NCBI GenBank assembly: GCA_037447605.1
Contig: CM074815.1
Coordinates: 930,001-994,000 of the forward strand
DNA length: 64,000 nucleotides
Reading direction: 5' to 3'
DNA from: Zygnema circumcarinatum SAG 698-1b
Lineage: Eukaryota > Plantae > Zygnematophyceae
Made by a program: the position numbers and the translations under genes. Below the pieces are notes generated by a model, which was given only the letters and a program-made list of their open reading frames with translations, did not search any database and was not told the DNA's origin. Numbering within the stretch: the stretch's first letter is position 1; each line of letters begins with the position of its first letter. Below are positions 16,632-28,457 of this stretch, one piece after another.

Positions 16632-17187
16632 ACAGCAACAGCAGCAGCAGCAACAGCAACAACAACAGCAACAACAACAGCAGCAACAACAACAACAACA
16701 ACAACAACAGCAGCAGCAAGCTGCTCAACCAAGTAGCGCTGCCTCACTGATGGGTCAGTCAAATGGGCAGAAGCAACCAGCACAGGCAGGTCCTCCTGGA
16801 GGGCGGGGCTTTGCAGCTGTTCCTGGACTACAACACCACCATCAGCTGCAGCAGCAATCTCAGCATGACCAGATTCCTACCTCTCCCTCACAACGGCAGC
16901 TCTTGCCCGGGCAGCAGACATCTGTGCAGCAGCAACAGCAGACACGGCAGAGTGAGAGGGAGGCTGTATCCATGGATGGTGGAAGTATGGGTACTGAAAA
17001 GGGCTATCAGTCTTTGCTACAACGAGGTCTGCACGGACCCAGTACTGCGGGAACACTAAGCTCGGGAAGCTTGGCCCAAGGAGGACCCACCGTTGGCCAA
17101 TCCCCTAGTTTACAGTATCCACATGACCTGAGTTTAATGCAGCCAAACATGCTCTCTGTGCTGAAAAATGCACAGCAACAAGCAAGC

Positions 17188-17243
<56 letters not shown>

Positions 17244-17280
17244 ACAGCAGCAACAGCAGCAACAGCAGCAACAGCAGCAA

Positions 17281-17333
<53 letters not shown>

Positions 17334-19677
17334 ACAACAGCAATTGCAGCACCAACAGCAGCAGCAGCAACATCAGCAACATCAGCAACATCAGCAGCAG
17401 CAGCAGCAGCAGCAGGCCCTTGGCCAGTCCCTTCAAATGACTCTCAAGGATTTGGATTCACATACAACTCAAGCGCTGTCGGCAATGTCGATGGCTGGCA
17501 TGAATCGTGGCTCCGTTGGTCTATTCCCTCCTGTTGCGCCTGCCATCGCTCCTGAAGGCCATGCTATGCTCCCAACCATAGAAAGTCCTTCCATGCGAAA
17601 CTCTTCATTACAGCATCAGCAGCAACAAGGAAGCCAACATTCGTCCTCTGTGCAGCAGTCTCGACCACAGCACACTAACCAGCAGCAGTCTTTGCAGACG
17701 AAGCCGCATCATCGAGGAACTCCCTCGTTGCGGCAGAATGTCGGTGGAGGAGGACTAGGGATGGAGGAGGGGCACCTGGGGGAAGGAGGTGGCGGAAGTT
17801 ATCAGAATGGTGGTGTTGGATTGACAGTGCGAGGGAAAGAGAGCTCTGAAAACTCGGTATCAAAAGGTGGCAATAAACGCTCCCAGTCTTCAACCGCAGG
17901 AGCTGCAGCTGCACGAGCAGAGATAGAGGCTGCTTTGGCATCCAAACAGGGCCGCGATGGGGTCAGTGGGGGAGGCTCAAATCGCAATAGTTCTGCTGCT
18001 GCAACTGCTGCTATCAGCCTTGCCTTTCCAGGGGGGGTTGTTCCAGGAAGAAGTACAGGGCCTGGTGGACAGGTGGGTGGAGCAGGAAATATATCGAGTT
18101 TCCAGCATAAGCATGGGGGTGGAAGGTCGAAACCAAATGCAGTATCTGTGGGAACCTCTGTTCTTGTCAATCCGGGAAATGCATCTAGTGCAACTATTCT
18201 TTCTACAGAAAAGAGTACTGAAGCAAGTGCTGCTGCAGCTAAGGCAAACGGAGGAGCAAGTAGTGGTATAGCTTCATCAAACCAAGGTCAGCCGGGTTGG
18301 CAGGCTCAAAACCAACCGAATCATATGCCATTGAAGCTTACACCCGGACCTTCAGTTTCTCTGACGGGAGGGGCTGGTGGGGGATCACAACCTCAGGCTG
18401 TTCTTGCTGCTGCAGTGAAGGCAGCAGGTGCAGCTTCAAGGCCAAGGCCGGGGGGGGGGGCTTCTCCGCAGCTTGTACCCATTTTGCCTCGTGTGAGTGG
18501 AAACAATGTGGGGCAGTCTGCGGCTCCCGGAACACCTCTCCCTCCTCTCCCCCCCCTGTCGAAGTCAGGTGCCTCCCAGACTGTGAAGGCTATTAGCAAG
18601 GTATCTCAGCCGGTGAAGTTGAGCAATCCTCCTGGGAAAAAACCACTTAGCAATGCAGCAGTATCTCCCTCTCAGGTTGGGCAGGCAGGCGGAGGGGGAG
18701 GAGTTACAGCTGCATCCCAGTCAGTGTCAACCTCCAAGCAGTCTCTTTCACCTGCACCCCAACAGACGTTAGCTGATCAGCAGCATGCAGGGCCTGCTCC
18801 CACCCATCCACAGATTCCGCAGCATGCTCAGCCCCCCCAACAGCAGCAGCAGCAGCAGCACTCCCAATCCCAACAACAGGAGTCGCCACAGCAGCCGTCC
18901 CAGCAGCTTCCCTCCCAGGTGCAGCAACCTCAATCTCAACCTCAACCCCAACCTCAACCTCAACCTCAACCTCAACCTCAACCTCAGCCTCAACTTCATC
19001 CACTACCATTACCGCAGCAGCAGCAGCAGCACCCTCAACCGCAGCCGCAAGAACCGCAACCCCAACAGCAGCAGCAGCATCAGCCGCCTCCGGCTCAGCC
19101 ATTGGTGCAGGTCCAAGCGCAGCAGCAAGGGCAGGGGCAAGCACAGGGAACAGCACAGGGCTCAGCACCCCCTCAGGCTCAACCTCCGCCCCCATCGCAG
19201 CCGCAACCGCAGGCTCAGACTCAGCCTCCTCCTCAAACCCAGCCTCAGCCTCAGACTCAGCTTCAGCCTCAACCTCAGCATCAGCCTCACCCTCACCCTC
19301 AGCTTCAGTCTCAGTCTCAGTCTCAGTCTAAGTCTCAGCCTCAGCCGCAGCCTCAACCTCAGCCTCAGCCTCAATCTCAGTCTCAGCCTCTTCCTCAGCC
19401 TCAGTCTCAGCCTCAGTCTCAGCCTCAGCCTCAGTCTCAAACTCAGTCTCAGTCTCAACCTCAGTCTCAGCCTCTTCCTCAGCCTCAGTCTCAGCCTCAG
19501 TCTCAGCCTCAGTCTCAGCCTCAGTCTCAGCCTCAGTCTCAGCCTCAACCTCAGTCTCAGTCTCAGCCTCAGCCTCAGTCTCAGTCTCAGACTCAGTCTC
19601 AGTCTCAGTCTCAGTCTCAACCTCAGCCTCTGCCTCAGCCTCAGTCTCAAACTCAGTCTCAGTCTCAGCCTCAGCCT

Positions 19678-19714
<37 letters not shown>

Positions 19715-19863
19715 TAGCTCACAGCCAGTCCCCCTCCTCTCAGCTGAATTCCCCTACCCATCTCCAGACTTTCCACCACATTCAGCTGCAGAAGCATCAG
19801 CAATTTCAAAACGATAATAGCTTGCTGTTGAGAGGTGGCCTTTCCAAAGCACCAGGGAAGTAG
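8004..19863 (+). CDS. TIC: TIME FOR COFFEE-like nuclear circadian regulator, ~15 exons
   Basis: GT-AG exon model with consistent phases: 8004-8103, 8556-8833, 8961-9012, 9309-9562, 9681-9719, 10199-10520, 11862-12471, 12709-12775, 13041-13145, 13604-14150, 14334-14496, 14616-14730, 15300-15782, 16048-16344, 16522-19863. Recalled TIC motifs occur in order: [97 protein letters not shown] few acceptor choices and the 3' end are uncertain. Confidence 0.88.
16600..16719 (+). repeat. Coding CAG/CAA polyglutamine tract (~40 Q) in TIC
   Basis: Uninterrupted CAG/CAA codons in frame with the last TIC exon. Confidence 0.95.
17191..17415 (+). repeat. Second coding polyQ tract (~51 Q, then Q/H-rich) in TIC
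   Basis: CAG/CAA run in frame. Confidence 0.95.
18930..19713 (+). repeat. Coding (CCTCAG/TCTCAG)n hexamer array encoding PQ/SQ dipeptides
   Basis: Hexamer tandem repeat in frame with the last TIC exon, ending in a polyQ run. Confidence 0.9.
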
Positions 19864-21820
19864 GTTTGGACTAAGTGAATGCATTTTTTTTGGGGCAAGC
19901 CAAGCATTAATAGCATCGTATAGGTCTAGTATCCCTTCTCCTGCGCGCCCCCCCCTCTCCATCCCTTAGCTGCTAGTATGACCTGGATTCCCATGGTAGG
20001 GGAGATAGTGAGGTGACATCGGTACAAGGTAGGAGAGGTATTACTGGAAGGGGTTTCAGCGACTTAGGTTCTGAAGGAGAAGCGGGGAGGCCCTCGGGCT
20101 TATAAAGATCGAAAGGTCCATCTCATTCGTTCGCTCAGCTTCAGTGAAGCTCTCCTTGGAGAGTCCATCCAGTTTCTATGACACAGAGGCTGATTAGCAG
20201 TGGTTTCAACTGACAGTTTAGTGGTGTCGGAATTCACTGGAGATTGCCAATTTTTCATCAATCGTCGTGCTGTGGTAGTAACCGCAGCTGCCAAATGACA
20301 TCGTGCGATTCCTTTCCCTTTGTTCAATTGTTGGGATATGAGAGGTGCTTTGATCTGTGATTGTCCCTATCCATGTTGCAAGCTGAGATCTCGGTTTGTG
20401 TGTGAACTCTGTCCCAAAGCAATTCTCCTGTAGGAAAAAATGAAAATAAAGAGGGACGGGCGGGGGGGGGGGGGGGGGGGGGGGGGNNNNNNNNNNGGGG
20501 GGGGGGGGGGGGGAGAGGAGGAACGGGGGTGTTGGAAACTGTCGTCACGTCAGAATAAATTATCATCTTGGAGAAGTCATTTTGAAGGTTCCTTCACATT
20601 TTCGTTTTTATGCGATTGGCGATCGCCATTGGCCAGTTCCATTATGGCCTTTATTTCTTTCATGCTTTGCCGTAGGCGGTGTAGTTCGACTACAATCGAT
20701 TTGCGGGAGTGGGCGGATCGTACGAGTTTGCTTTCAGTTCCCTCCCGAACCTGTTCTATTACAGTACGAAAGGCCATTTGATCATGTGTTCGCCCCCTCT
20801 TATTGTACCCGGTCACAACGACAAATCCGCACTTATTGCGAGAGAGCAGGCAAAGGCTTCCGACTGGAGACCACAAGCAATCTGTATGTATGCAAGGGTA
20901 GACAGTTGCCATAAACCCCTAGCTCTTTACAAAAGCAAAAATGCTAAAATTCCAGATCACCATTTGATCTCAAATTCATGGAGACTGTGAGTATCATTGT
21001 TGAGCTTAGTTAGTTGACGGTCACACAGGTCGGCTTCCACTGTCCAACCATTGTTAACCAATTGTTGTCTAACCAGTGGTTACAAGCCATTGCCAATGTT
21101 GGTTGGGTCGCCAACCAATGGTCGCAACAATTGGCAACGGCTGGCTAGGTCTTCCATTCTATGGCTCCAGCCATTAGCAATGTTTGCCAGCCAACCATTT
21201 TACACGTCCAATGGCTGCCAACCATTGGCAATGTTTGAATAGAATGGCAGTTGCTAATTGGTATATTCGAACCCATGCTTCAAGGCTACAGGAGAGATGA
21301 AATACCTACCTTCAATGAGAACCCAAATAGTCAAAGGCATGAAACAAAATGAGTTCCACCCTTAATTATATGCTCCTCATGCGCCACTAAAACGGCCAAA
21401 AAACCCTGATATGGCAATACCAAGTAAAGGTAGGTAGGTGCAAACCAATGGTTGCGATTGGCAATCGTTGCCAGCCACTGGATCCAATGGTTGGCAACCA
21501 CTCTAACGGTTGATCCAATGGTCCGAACTGTGATACGTCGTGCGGTTGAAGCGTAAAGCACCACAAATTCGGAGGGCCCTCTGAGGCTCGTCCCATCTGA
21601 GGTCAAAGAAATGGAGGGCATGTAGGGAAGAGTTGCATGATGAAACATCGTGGGATGAGGGAAGAAGTGGGGAGGAAAGGAGAAAATCGTGGAAAGGGTG
21701 GAGGGAAGAGGACGAGAAGGACACGGCAAAAGGAAATAATTCTTATCGAAATAAACGTTTGATACAAGGAAAATAATTGTTGGCCAGAACGAAGGGGGAG
21801 GCAGGTTTGCTTGTGAGGCG

Positions 21821-24800
21821 TCACGGTTGTTTGGCGGAGGTGTTGACCCAGCGGCCTTCAAAAATGCCCCACTCCGTTGAACCGCGGCTGTTGATCTGCA
21901 TGCACCACCCTTTATTCCCCGTTACATGTGGATATACTCTTAACATGAGTCGAGTTCACCGAAGGAGAACCATTGATGCACAGAGTGCAGTCTGTTGAAT
22001 AATTTTCCCGTCAGCTGTCAGAAGAGAACAGGCTAAACACCAAAATGGCAGAGAATACGAGAAGAAACCCTTACCCTACATTTCCATGTGTTCCCCCTCC
22101 CCCCTCCCCTTCCCTTCCCCTCTCCCCTTCCCCCCTTCCCCCCTCCCCCCCTCCCCCCCTCCCCCCCTCCCCCCCTCTNNNNNNNNNNCTCCCCCTCCCC
22201 ATCCCCCTCCCTCCTCTCTCTCTCTCCTCCTCTTTCTCTCTCTCCTTCTCTTCTTCTCTCTCTTCTTCTTTCTCTCTCTCTCTCTCCTTTCTCCCCCCGC
22301 ATTACCTACTCCAGTCTTTCGTCCTCCCTCCATCAGCTCACCTCAGCCCTGTCCTGACTGCCCTCGAGTCTGCCCAGACTGAGCCCATCGCTGTGCTCGA
22401 CCCACTCCGCATCGACCACTGCAATCTTCTCGTGAGGGGGGCCGTTCGTGCACGCTCTCAGGGCAAAGTCTACTCCCCAGCAATGCACCAAATCATTCTG
22501 CAGACGAAGACCTGAACACTTCAGGAAGATGTGCTGTATCGTATCGTATCGTATCTGAGCCTTGAGCATCTTCTACAATGCCGAAGAAGTGTGTGTGTGT
22601 GTGTGTGAGAGAGAGGGTGGGGGTGGGGAGGGTGGAGAAAAGAGAGAGCACTTTACTCTTTTCCTTTCGATCTTGTGATCAGGGCAATACTATAAACATG
22701 ACCAAAGATTCTACTGTGTTCAACCAACTTCGCACATCACTTCTCTACTTGCATTGGCTTTTGCTTCCTCTACTCCTCTCTGCGCCCCTCTCCGTCTCCG
22801 CCATGAAGCGCACCTGAAGCATATGCCATACACAGGGCCATACTCTCGTCGAGAATACCGGCACCATTACTTCCACAAACCTGCAAACGAACAGTTTCAC
22901 GCAGCAAGCCTCCCTCCCTCTCAGTCCCTCTTTCACCCTTCCATCAACTCCCTCCCTCCCGGCTACTACCGTCTTCCCAAAACCCCATATAAGCACACAG
23001 GATCCTTCCCAACCCTAGAGACAAAAGGACACATAGATCTTCTAAGCAGTCGTCAGAAGATACAAAACAAGAGACCCTTCCCCTGCATTGTACTGTGTGT
23101 GTCACCCTCCCCCTCTTACTCCCGCTCCCCCTCTCCCTCTCCCTCTCCCTCTCCCTCACCCTCCCTCTCCCTCTCCCTCCCGCCTCGCCGCTCCCTTCCC
23201 GCCCCCTCCCTCCCTCCCCCCCTCCCTCCCTCCCTCTCTCCTTCCCTCCCTCCCTCCCTCCCCCCTCCCCCCCTGCTCCCTCCGTGTTCTCAAGAGCTAC
23301 CTACGCTGCACATGGAATTTTAACACTTCCATCCACGCAAATCTCGCTTTTGTGGTTCATATCAGTGCGAAAATGAAGTTCTTGATTGCCCTGCTTTTGT
23401 GTGAAGGGATAATGGACCGTGGAAGAACCTCCCAATGCCGGCTGTGACATTTCCAGCTCATACTTATCCATTATTTCCATATATCTGCGACAATGTCAAA
23501 GCTCCCTTAGACTCAGATACATAGCCCTTAAGCAGATGTCAATACTAGCTCGGCTTTTCTAAGTAAGAAGTGATATGTAGGCAGAGAGAAGCAGAGGGGG
23601 AGGAGGTGAAGGAGAGGTCTTTGTGGACTTTTTAAAGACTCCGAAAAGCTGAGAATGGGAGATTGGAAAGAAAGGTTAGAAACGTACCGGACCCCATCGA
23701 AGTTGTTAACACCGAGGTCTTCATCCCAAATAAAAATGTAATCGTACGAACTGACCACACTCGGATGAAGAAATCGCTTTGCAAACCACCTGCATATGTT
23801 GGACAGTTTAACGGAGTCCAGAGATTACCTGACACATAGAACGGCGCAATATGTGGACATGTTCTAAACTTGATATCGTTTCCAGAGATTGTTTCAGCAG
23901 CCGAAGGTTTCAAGCAAAAGGTAAAAGAGTTGAGAAAGGGAGAAACCCCACAACTCAAGTTTTTCCTTTTTAATTCGTTTGTTTCTATTGTTGTGCCCTC
24001 ACCACTTGCTCTGGCCGTATGCTGCCACGTGGACGGCTCTGTGGAACCAATCAGATTTGTTCCACTGCTCAATAATGTTGTCATAGTGAAAAATGATGAT
24101 GGAGAAATGCCCGACAGGAAACTACATCCCTCCTTACCACCATAGAACACAGTTTTCGTCATTGTTGTAGAGAATTGCACATAAGGGGGAAAAACAAAAA
24201 AAAAAAAAAGGGGGCTGAGAAGATCTCTGAGAATCGTAGGAGTTCTGCGGCTTAATTCACTGTTTTCAAACATTTCTCATTCACAAAGAAGGCCCCCCGT
24301 TTGACCTCACAAACCCTAAAACTGCTTCATGTTATATGCGATGTGTGGAGGACTGCGGAGATCTCAGTTTTAACATTTTTTCTCCATCAAACAAGCGAAC
24401 CTAGCGAACATAGAGAAGTGAAAGACGGCTGTGCCCTAATCAGGTTGTGGTGTGCCACTAGCATGCGTCAGTGCTGCAGACCGCATCATGATAAGTAAGG
24501 GCACAACTATCTCACCTTAGAAATCATTTTGTCAACGCTTTCTTTTAGTTTGATTCCAGCTGCGATTGCTAGGAGACCGCGCTGCCGAAACGGAAGATCC
24601 TGTCCTATGTAGAAAGCACAACAAATTGCCCATATATATTACACATAGAACTTCACTGACAAGAAAGAAAATTCCACAACCATTACCATTCTCTCTGACA
24701 TTTCAGCGTATGAACGAAGACCACTGGTAATTCCCCAGCTCATACCAACTGCAGGTCTCCCGCACTCTCCCTCCACCCCTCCTACCCTTCCTTACCTCTC

Positions 24801-25757
24801 TCCTTCCTCCTCCCATCGCTCTCACCCCTCCTTACCTCTCTCCTTCCTCCTCCGCCCTCCCCCACCCTTCCATACGTCTCTCCTTCCTCCTCCGACCTCT
24901 CCCACCCTTCCATACCTCTCTCCTTCCTCCTCCCACCTCTCCCACCCTTCCATACCTCTCTCCTTCCTCCACCGACCTCTCCCACCCTTCCATACCTCTC
25001 TCCATCCTCCACCGACCTCTCCCACCCTTCCATACCTCTCTCCTTCCTCCTCCCACCTCTCCCACTCTTCCATACCTCTCTCCTTCCTCCACCGACCTCT
25101 CCCACCCTTCCATACCTCTCTCCATCCTCCACCGACCTCTCCCACCCTTCCATACCTCTCTCCTTCCTCCTCCCACCTCTCCCACTCTTCCATACCTCTC
25201 TCCTTCCTCCACCGACCTCTCCCACCCTTCCATGCCTCTCTCCTTCCTCCTCCCATACCTCTCTCCATCCTCCACCGACCTCTCCCACCCTTCCATCCTC
25301 CCACCTCTCCCACCCTCCCATACCTCTCTCCTTCCTCCTCCCACCTCTCCCACCCCCCCCCCCCTTCTCACACCCCTCCTCCAAAAAACTGAAAGCTTGA
25401 GTGCTGGCTGCAAACCTCATCAGGGTTGCCCCAAAGGCGTCTCAAATAGAGGTCTGAGGTTGGCTCGTAGATGCTCCGTGGCAGCTTCTCCGGGCCTTCC
25501 GGGGCCCTCCCCGCCTTCCCCACCTTCTCTCCATCTTCACATGGCTGCCGCGGCCGCCCTCCCTCCTGCATTGCAGCAGCCTGTGAGCTGCATCCTGCAC
25601 AAAGGATGACTCTAGAAACCCTAATCTTCTGTATCAATTTGAAACCCTAATTTTCCAAATACTCTGATATTCTGTAAGGCTATAAAACCCTAATATTCTG
25701 TGAGGCTTCTGAAACAATAGCATTCTTCTAGAGTTTCTATTATTTCGTCATTGCTAT

Positions 25758-25788
<31 letters not shown>

Positions 25789-25880
25789 CCGAAGCATACC
25801 TTGAACAGGAGGGCCGCAATAACCCCCCCGAAAAAAAAACAAAATTTTACCGCGAGGCCCTTCAGACGGACCCCCGCCAT
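21821..25880 (-). CDS. DUF707 family protein (LKR trans-splicing-related 1-like)
   Basis: Exons 25580-25416, 24599-24516, 24121-24003, 23789-23688, 23484-23305, 22880-22814, 22497-22342, 21895-21821, plus a tentative first exon 25880-25851. Motifs: SDLYLRRLWGNPDED, FHYD...W, KWWFAKRFLHPSVVSSYDYIFIWDEDLGV, SQPAL, FVEVMVPVFS...WHMLQNDLVHCWGVDF, STEWGIF. Confidence 0.9.
24781..25350. repeat. 40-bp pyrimidine-rich minisatellite (~14 copies) with a 120-bp higher-order unit, in a DUF707 intron
   Basis: Unit CCCACCCTTCCATACCTCTCTCCTTCCTCCTCCCACCTCT. A triplet of variants recurs at 24901, 25021 and 25141. Confidence 0.92.
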
Positions 25881-26004
25881 CGGAACCTCTCAGACCTCCA
25901 CTCTCCGCCCCTGCCTTGCAAATTAGGGCTAAGGGCTGCGTTCCATGCGGGAACAGTTCTGTAAAAAATGTAGCCGTGTAGTACGGTCACACGATTTGAA
26001 GGTA

Positions 26005-27467
26005 CAGTGGGGGGTCCTCATATTTTCCACCCTGTACAGTGCGCTCTGTAGCGTAGTGGAGCTGCGCTCGACGGATCCGCGTCAGTTCAGTTGTACTTGA
26101 CATATGCCTCTTCAGTGTCACGGACCGGCATAATCCAGGAGCTGCCGACAGAGAATGCGAGAAGGCGGCGCCATGTGTTGGCGGCCCACGGAACAGCACA
26201 CCATCCAGCAAGGCGCACTCGGAAGCGCCGCATAATGCCGCCGATTGTCATTTGTTGACCTATCATAAGGCTCCACGTAGTCAGTCAGGCCTCTCAGTGG
26301 GCAGTTGGCCAATCAGAGACTGTCACTACTAAGACTCAGGATTTACTGTCAGAGATAGATAGATGGGATGTCAGTGATGCTAGTTTGTCTTTTAGTGCTG
26401 GGCTTAGTATTTGTATTTGCTGTGTGGTTTGTTGTCCTGTTCTTCTTTTTCTGCCTCTTCAGCTCCAGCAACAGATGCTAAGTGAGAGAGAGAGAGAGAG
26501 AGTTCCATTGCATAGAGAGAAAGAGAAAGAGTCTTCTTGCTGATAGCATTTAGACATCCCATTCAGCCCAGCCAGACAAAGATTTCAGTGAGAAGACACT
26601 TTCATTGTAATGACAATCCCCAGCCAATCGCTGGCTGGGGTGAGTTTCCAAAACGCAACCTTGATCTAAGCTGAGTCCTATTTTCCCTTTGCTGTCACTA
26701 TGCCAAGCTACCATCTTGTGATATCCTGCCTTACACTCTTCCCAATGACCGATGATAACTAGAAGTCTAGCGAAGAGAATAGCCGAAGAGAGGACAGGGG
26801 AAGAGAGCCCCCAAGGAAGGGCTCTTTGCGCATCGAGTCCAGCCGCCGGTGGGAACATCTTCAGGATCCCTACGTCTTCCGCTGCGCGTACCTCTGAATC
26901 CCCCGGATCCTGGCTCTATGGTGCAGGCAGACCCACAGCACCAACACAACCCTTCATCAGCTTCAGCACGGACGCGCGAGTGGCCGTACAGCACCTGCAA
27001 CTAGCTCAGCAGTCTCCCCTTAACCCCACTTATCTTGTGCTACAGCTCCCAAGAAATTCGCCCCGATTTTGCCGAAACCACCTTTTTGTACGGTAACTCT
27101 GTGTTACCCGTACTATTTGTACTATTTGTACTATTCGTACTGACCGTACTATTCGTACTTGCTGTACTAGCCGTTACGGGCTTAAGCAAAACAAACCGAA
27201 TCTTCCCGCACTTGCCGCCGTAAGAGGCGCTCGCTCCTCTCCCCTTTATCTTGGCTTCGATACGGCATAATATGATACGATACTACACGATACGTTACGA
27301 TGCGTAACGATACGATACGGTATTAGACGATACGATGTGTACGGACAAACATGAACTCTAACATAACACCGCCCGCCTATTGGTAACACGAACCTTATAT
27401 TTGCAAAATCAATATTTTCGCCCCTTTTTGGCCAATACCATGGCGAAAATATGAGGACCCCCCACTG
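26005..27467. mobile_element. Non-autonomous Tc1/mariner-type element (~460 bp once the nested solo LTR is removed)
   Basis: 22-bp perfect TIRs CAGTGGGGGGTCCTCATATTTT (26005-26026) and AAAATATGAGGACCCCCCACTG (27446-27467), each flanked by TA. Internal 9-bp GTACTATTT-like tandem repeats near 27110-27175. Confidence 0.85.
26047..27044 (+). mobile_element. Solo LTR (998 bp) with 4-bp TSD, nested in the mariner-type element
   Basis: TGTAGC...GCTACA termini, with GCTC duplicated at 26043-26046 and 27045-27048. Homologous along its length to the inverted LTR at 57356-58328. Confidence 0.85.
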
Positions 27468-27838
27468 TACTGTACAGTACTGTACCGTACAAAAAGAGAT
27501 TGTACTGTACGTTAATTCGTACATATTCGTACAGTATGTTGAAAAAGATTTGGGTGTGCCTGTAAGTGCCTCAATGAAGAGGACCCGTACGAAATCCGTT
27601 AGCCAATCAGAAGTCACCGACAAACCTACACGACGCTAGGCGCACGTGTTCATACGGATAGGGTCTGTACGAACATCTTGTCGTTTGCAATATTACAAGC
27701 ACATCGCTATTATGAAATCCACTTTCGCTTACGGCGGATTGACTTTCGGACCGTAGTCCGTGGTAAGGCTTGAGTTCCATGGAGCGGTTTAGCGTCGTTT
27801 AAGACGCTTTTCCGGGTTCCACCAGGGAAGTTTTGACA

Positions 27839-28312
27839 ACGTGGCGCCGACGTGGCTGTCACGTCTGCAGGATGTGCCTACGTGGCGAGTGCTGTTGGAA
27901 AATGGACGTCAGCCTTAGCTCCATGTCAGCAGTTCCACCTCATCTGTCGCCGCCTGCGACCAGAAAGTCCGGATACGACACGACTGCCGTACCGTTTTCC
28001 ACCTCACCTTCGCTTTCCACCGACAAAACGTCGATTCTACGCCGAGCAGAAGCACCGACAAATCTACCGACATTTCGAGAGGCTCACAGTCAGCCACGTA
28101 TGCAGATTCTCCGCCAAAAGCGTGTCGTCGGTTTGCTTGTCGTTTAGTGCATTGACTCCGTACGCAAAATCCGACAAATTATCCGCTAGACGACAGCCAC
28201 GTGGCATTCCCGCGCGCCGACGAGGCGCGCCGGTGCGCCCGGCGGCGCCCTCCAAGAGGCGGACCGCGCCGCGCGCTGATTGGCCGGAACCTGGCTTTTG
28301 GGTGAACGTGGC
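27839..28312 (+). promoter_or_regulatory. Cluster of five ABRE/G-box cores (ACGTGGC) upstream of the CNRIP1-like gene
   Basis: ACGTGGC at 27839, 27850, 27880, 28199 and 28306. Confidence 0.45.
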
Positions 28313-28457
28313 ACCCTGCCATTGGCGTGTGCCTGCCTCCGTGCCAGCGTGGCGCCATCCCATTGGTCCGGCCGCGTCCGCTCACGCCGCCGGAAGGCGG
28401 CGGCGCGCTGAGTATATTGCCGATGGCTGCCAGTGACCGGGGATCTCTGGCTCCGCC

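Noticed and set aside
18704-19962. Overlapping LRLR, SLSL and EVEV ORFs
   Set aside because: Shadow frames of the PQ/SQ hexamer repeat in the last TIC exon.
20577-20912. Minus-strand 111-aa ORF with protein-like composition (..MAFRTVIEQVREG..)
   Set aside because: No recognisable family, no supportable exon chain, and next to an N gap; not called as a gene.
20461-22200. Poly-G and poly-C runs flanking the gaps at 20487-20496 and 22179-22188 as G-quadruplex elements
   Set aside because: They end at assembly gaps, so their length and content are unreliable.
24781-25350. Regular 40-bp repeat considered as a CRISPR array
   Set aside because: Head-to-tail tandem units with no unique spacers, inside a eukaryotic intron, and no cas genes.
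27088-27113. GTACGGTAACTCTGTGTTACCCGTAC resembles the two Mutator-MITE ends fused together
   Set aside because: Only 7-9 bp match per end and there is no 9-bp TSD; compatible with chance in a GTAC-rich element.
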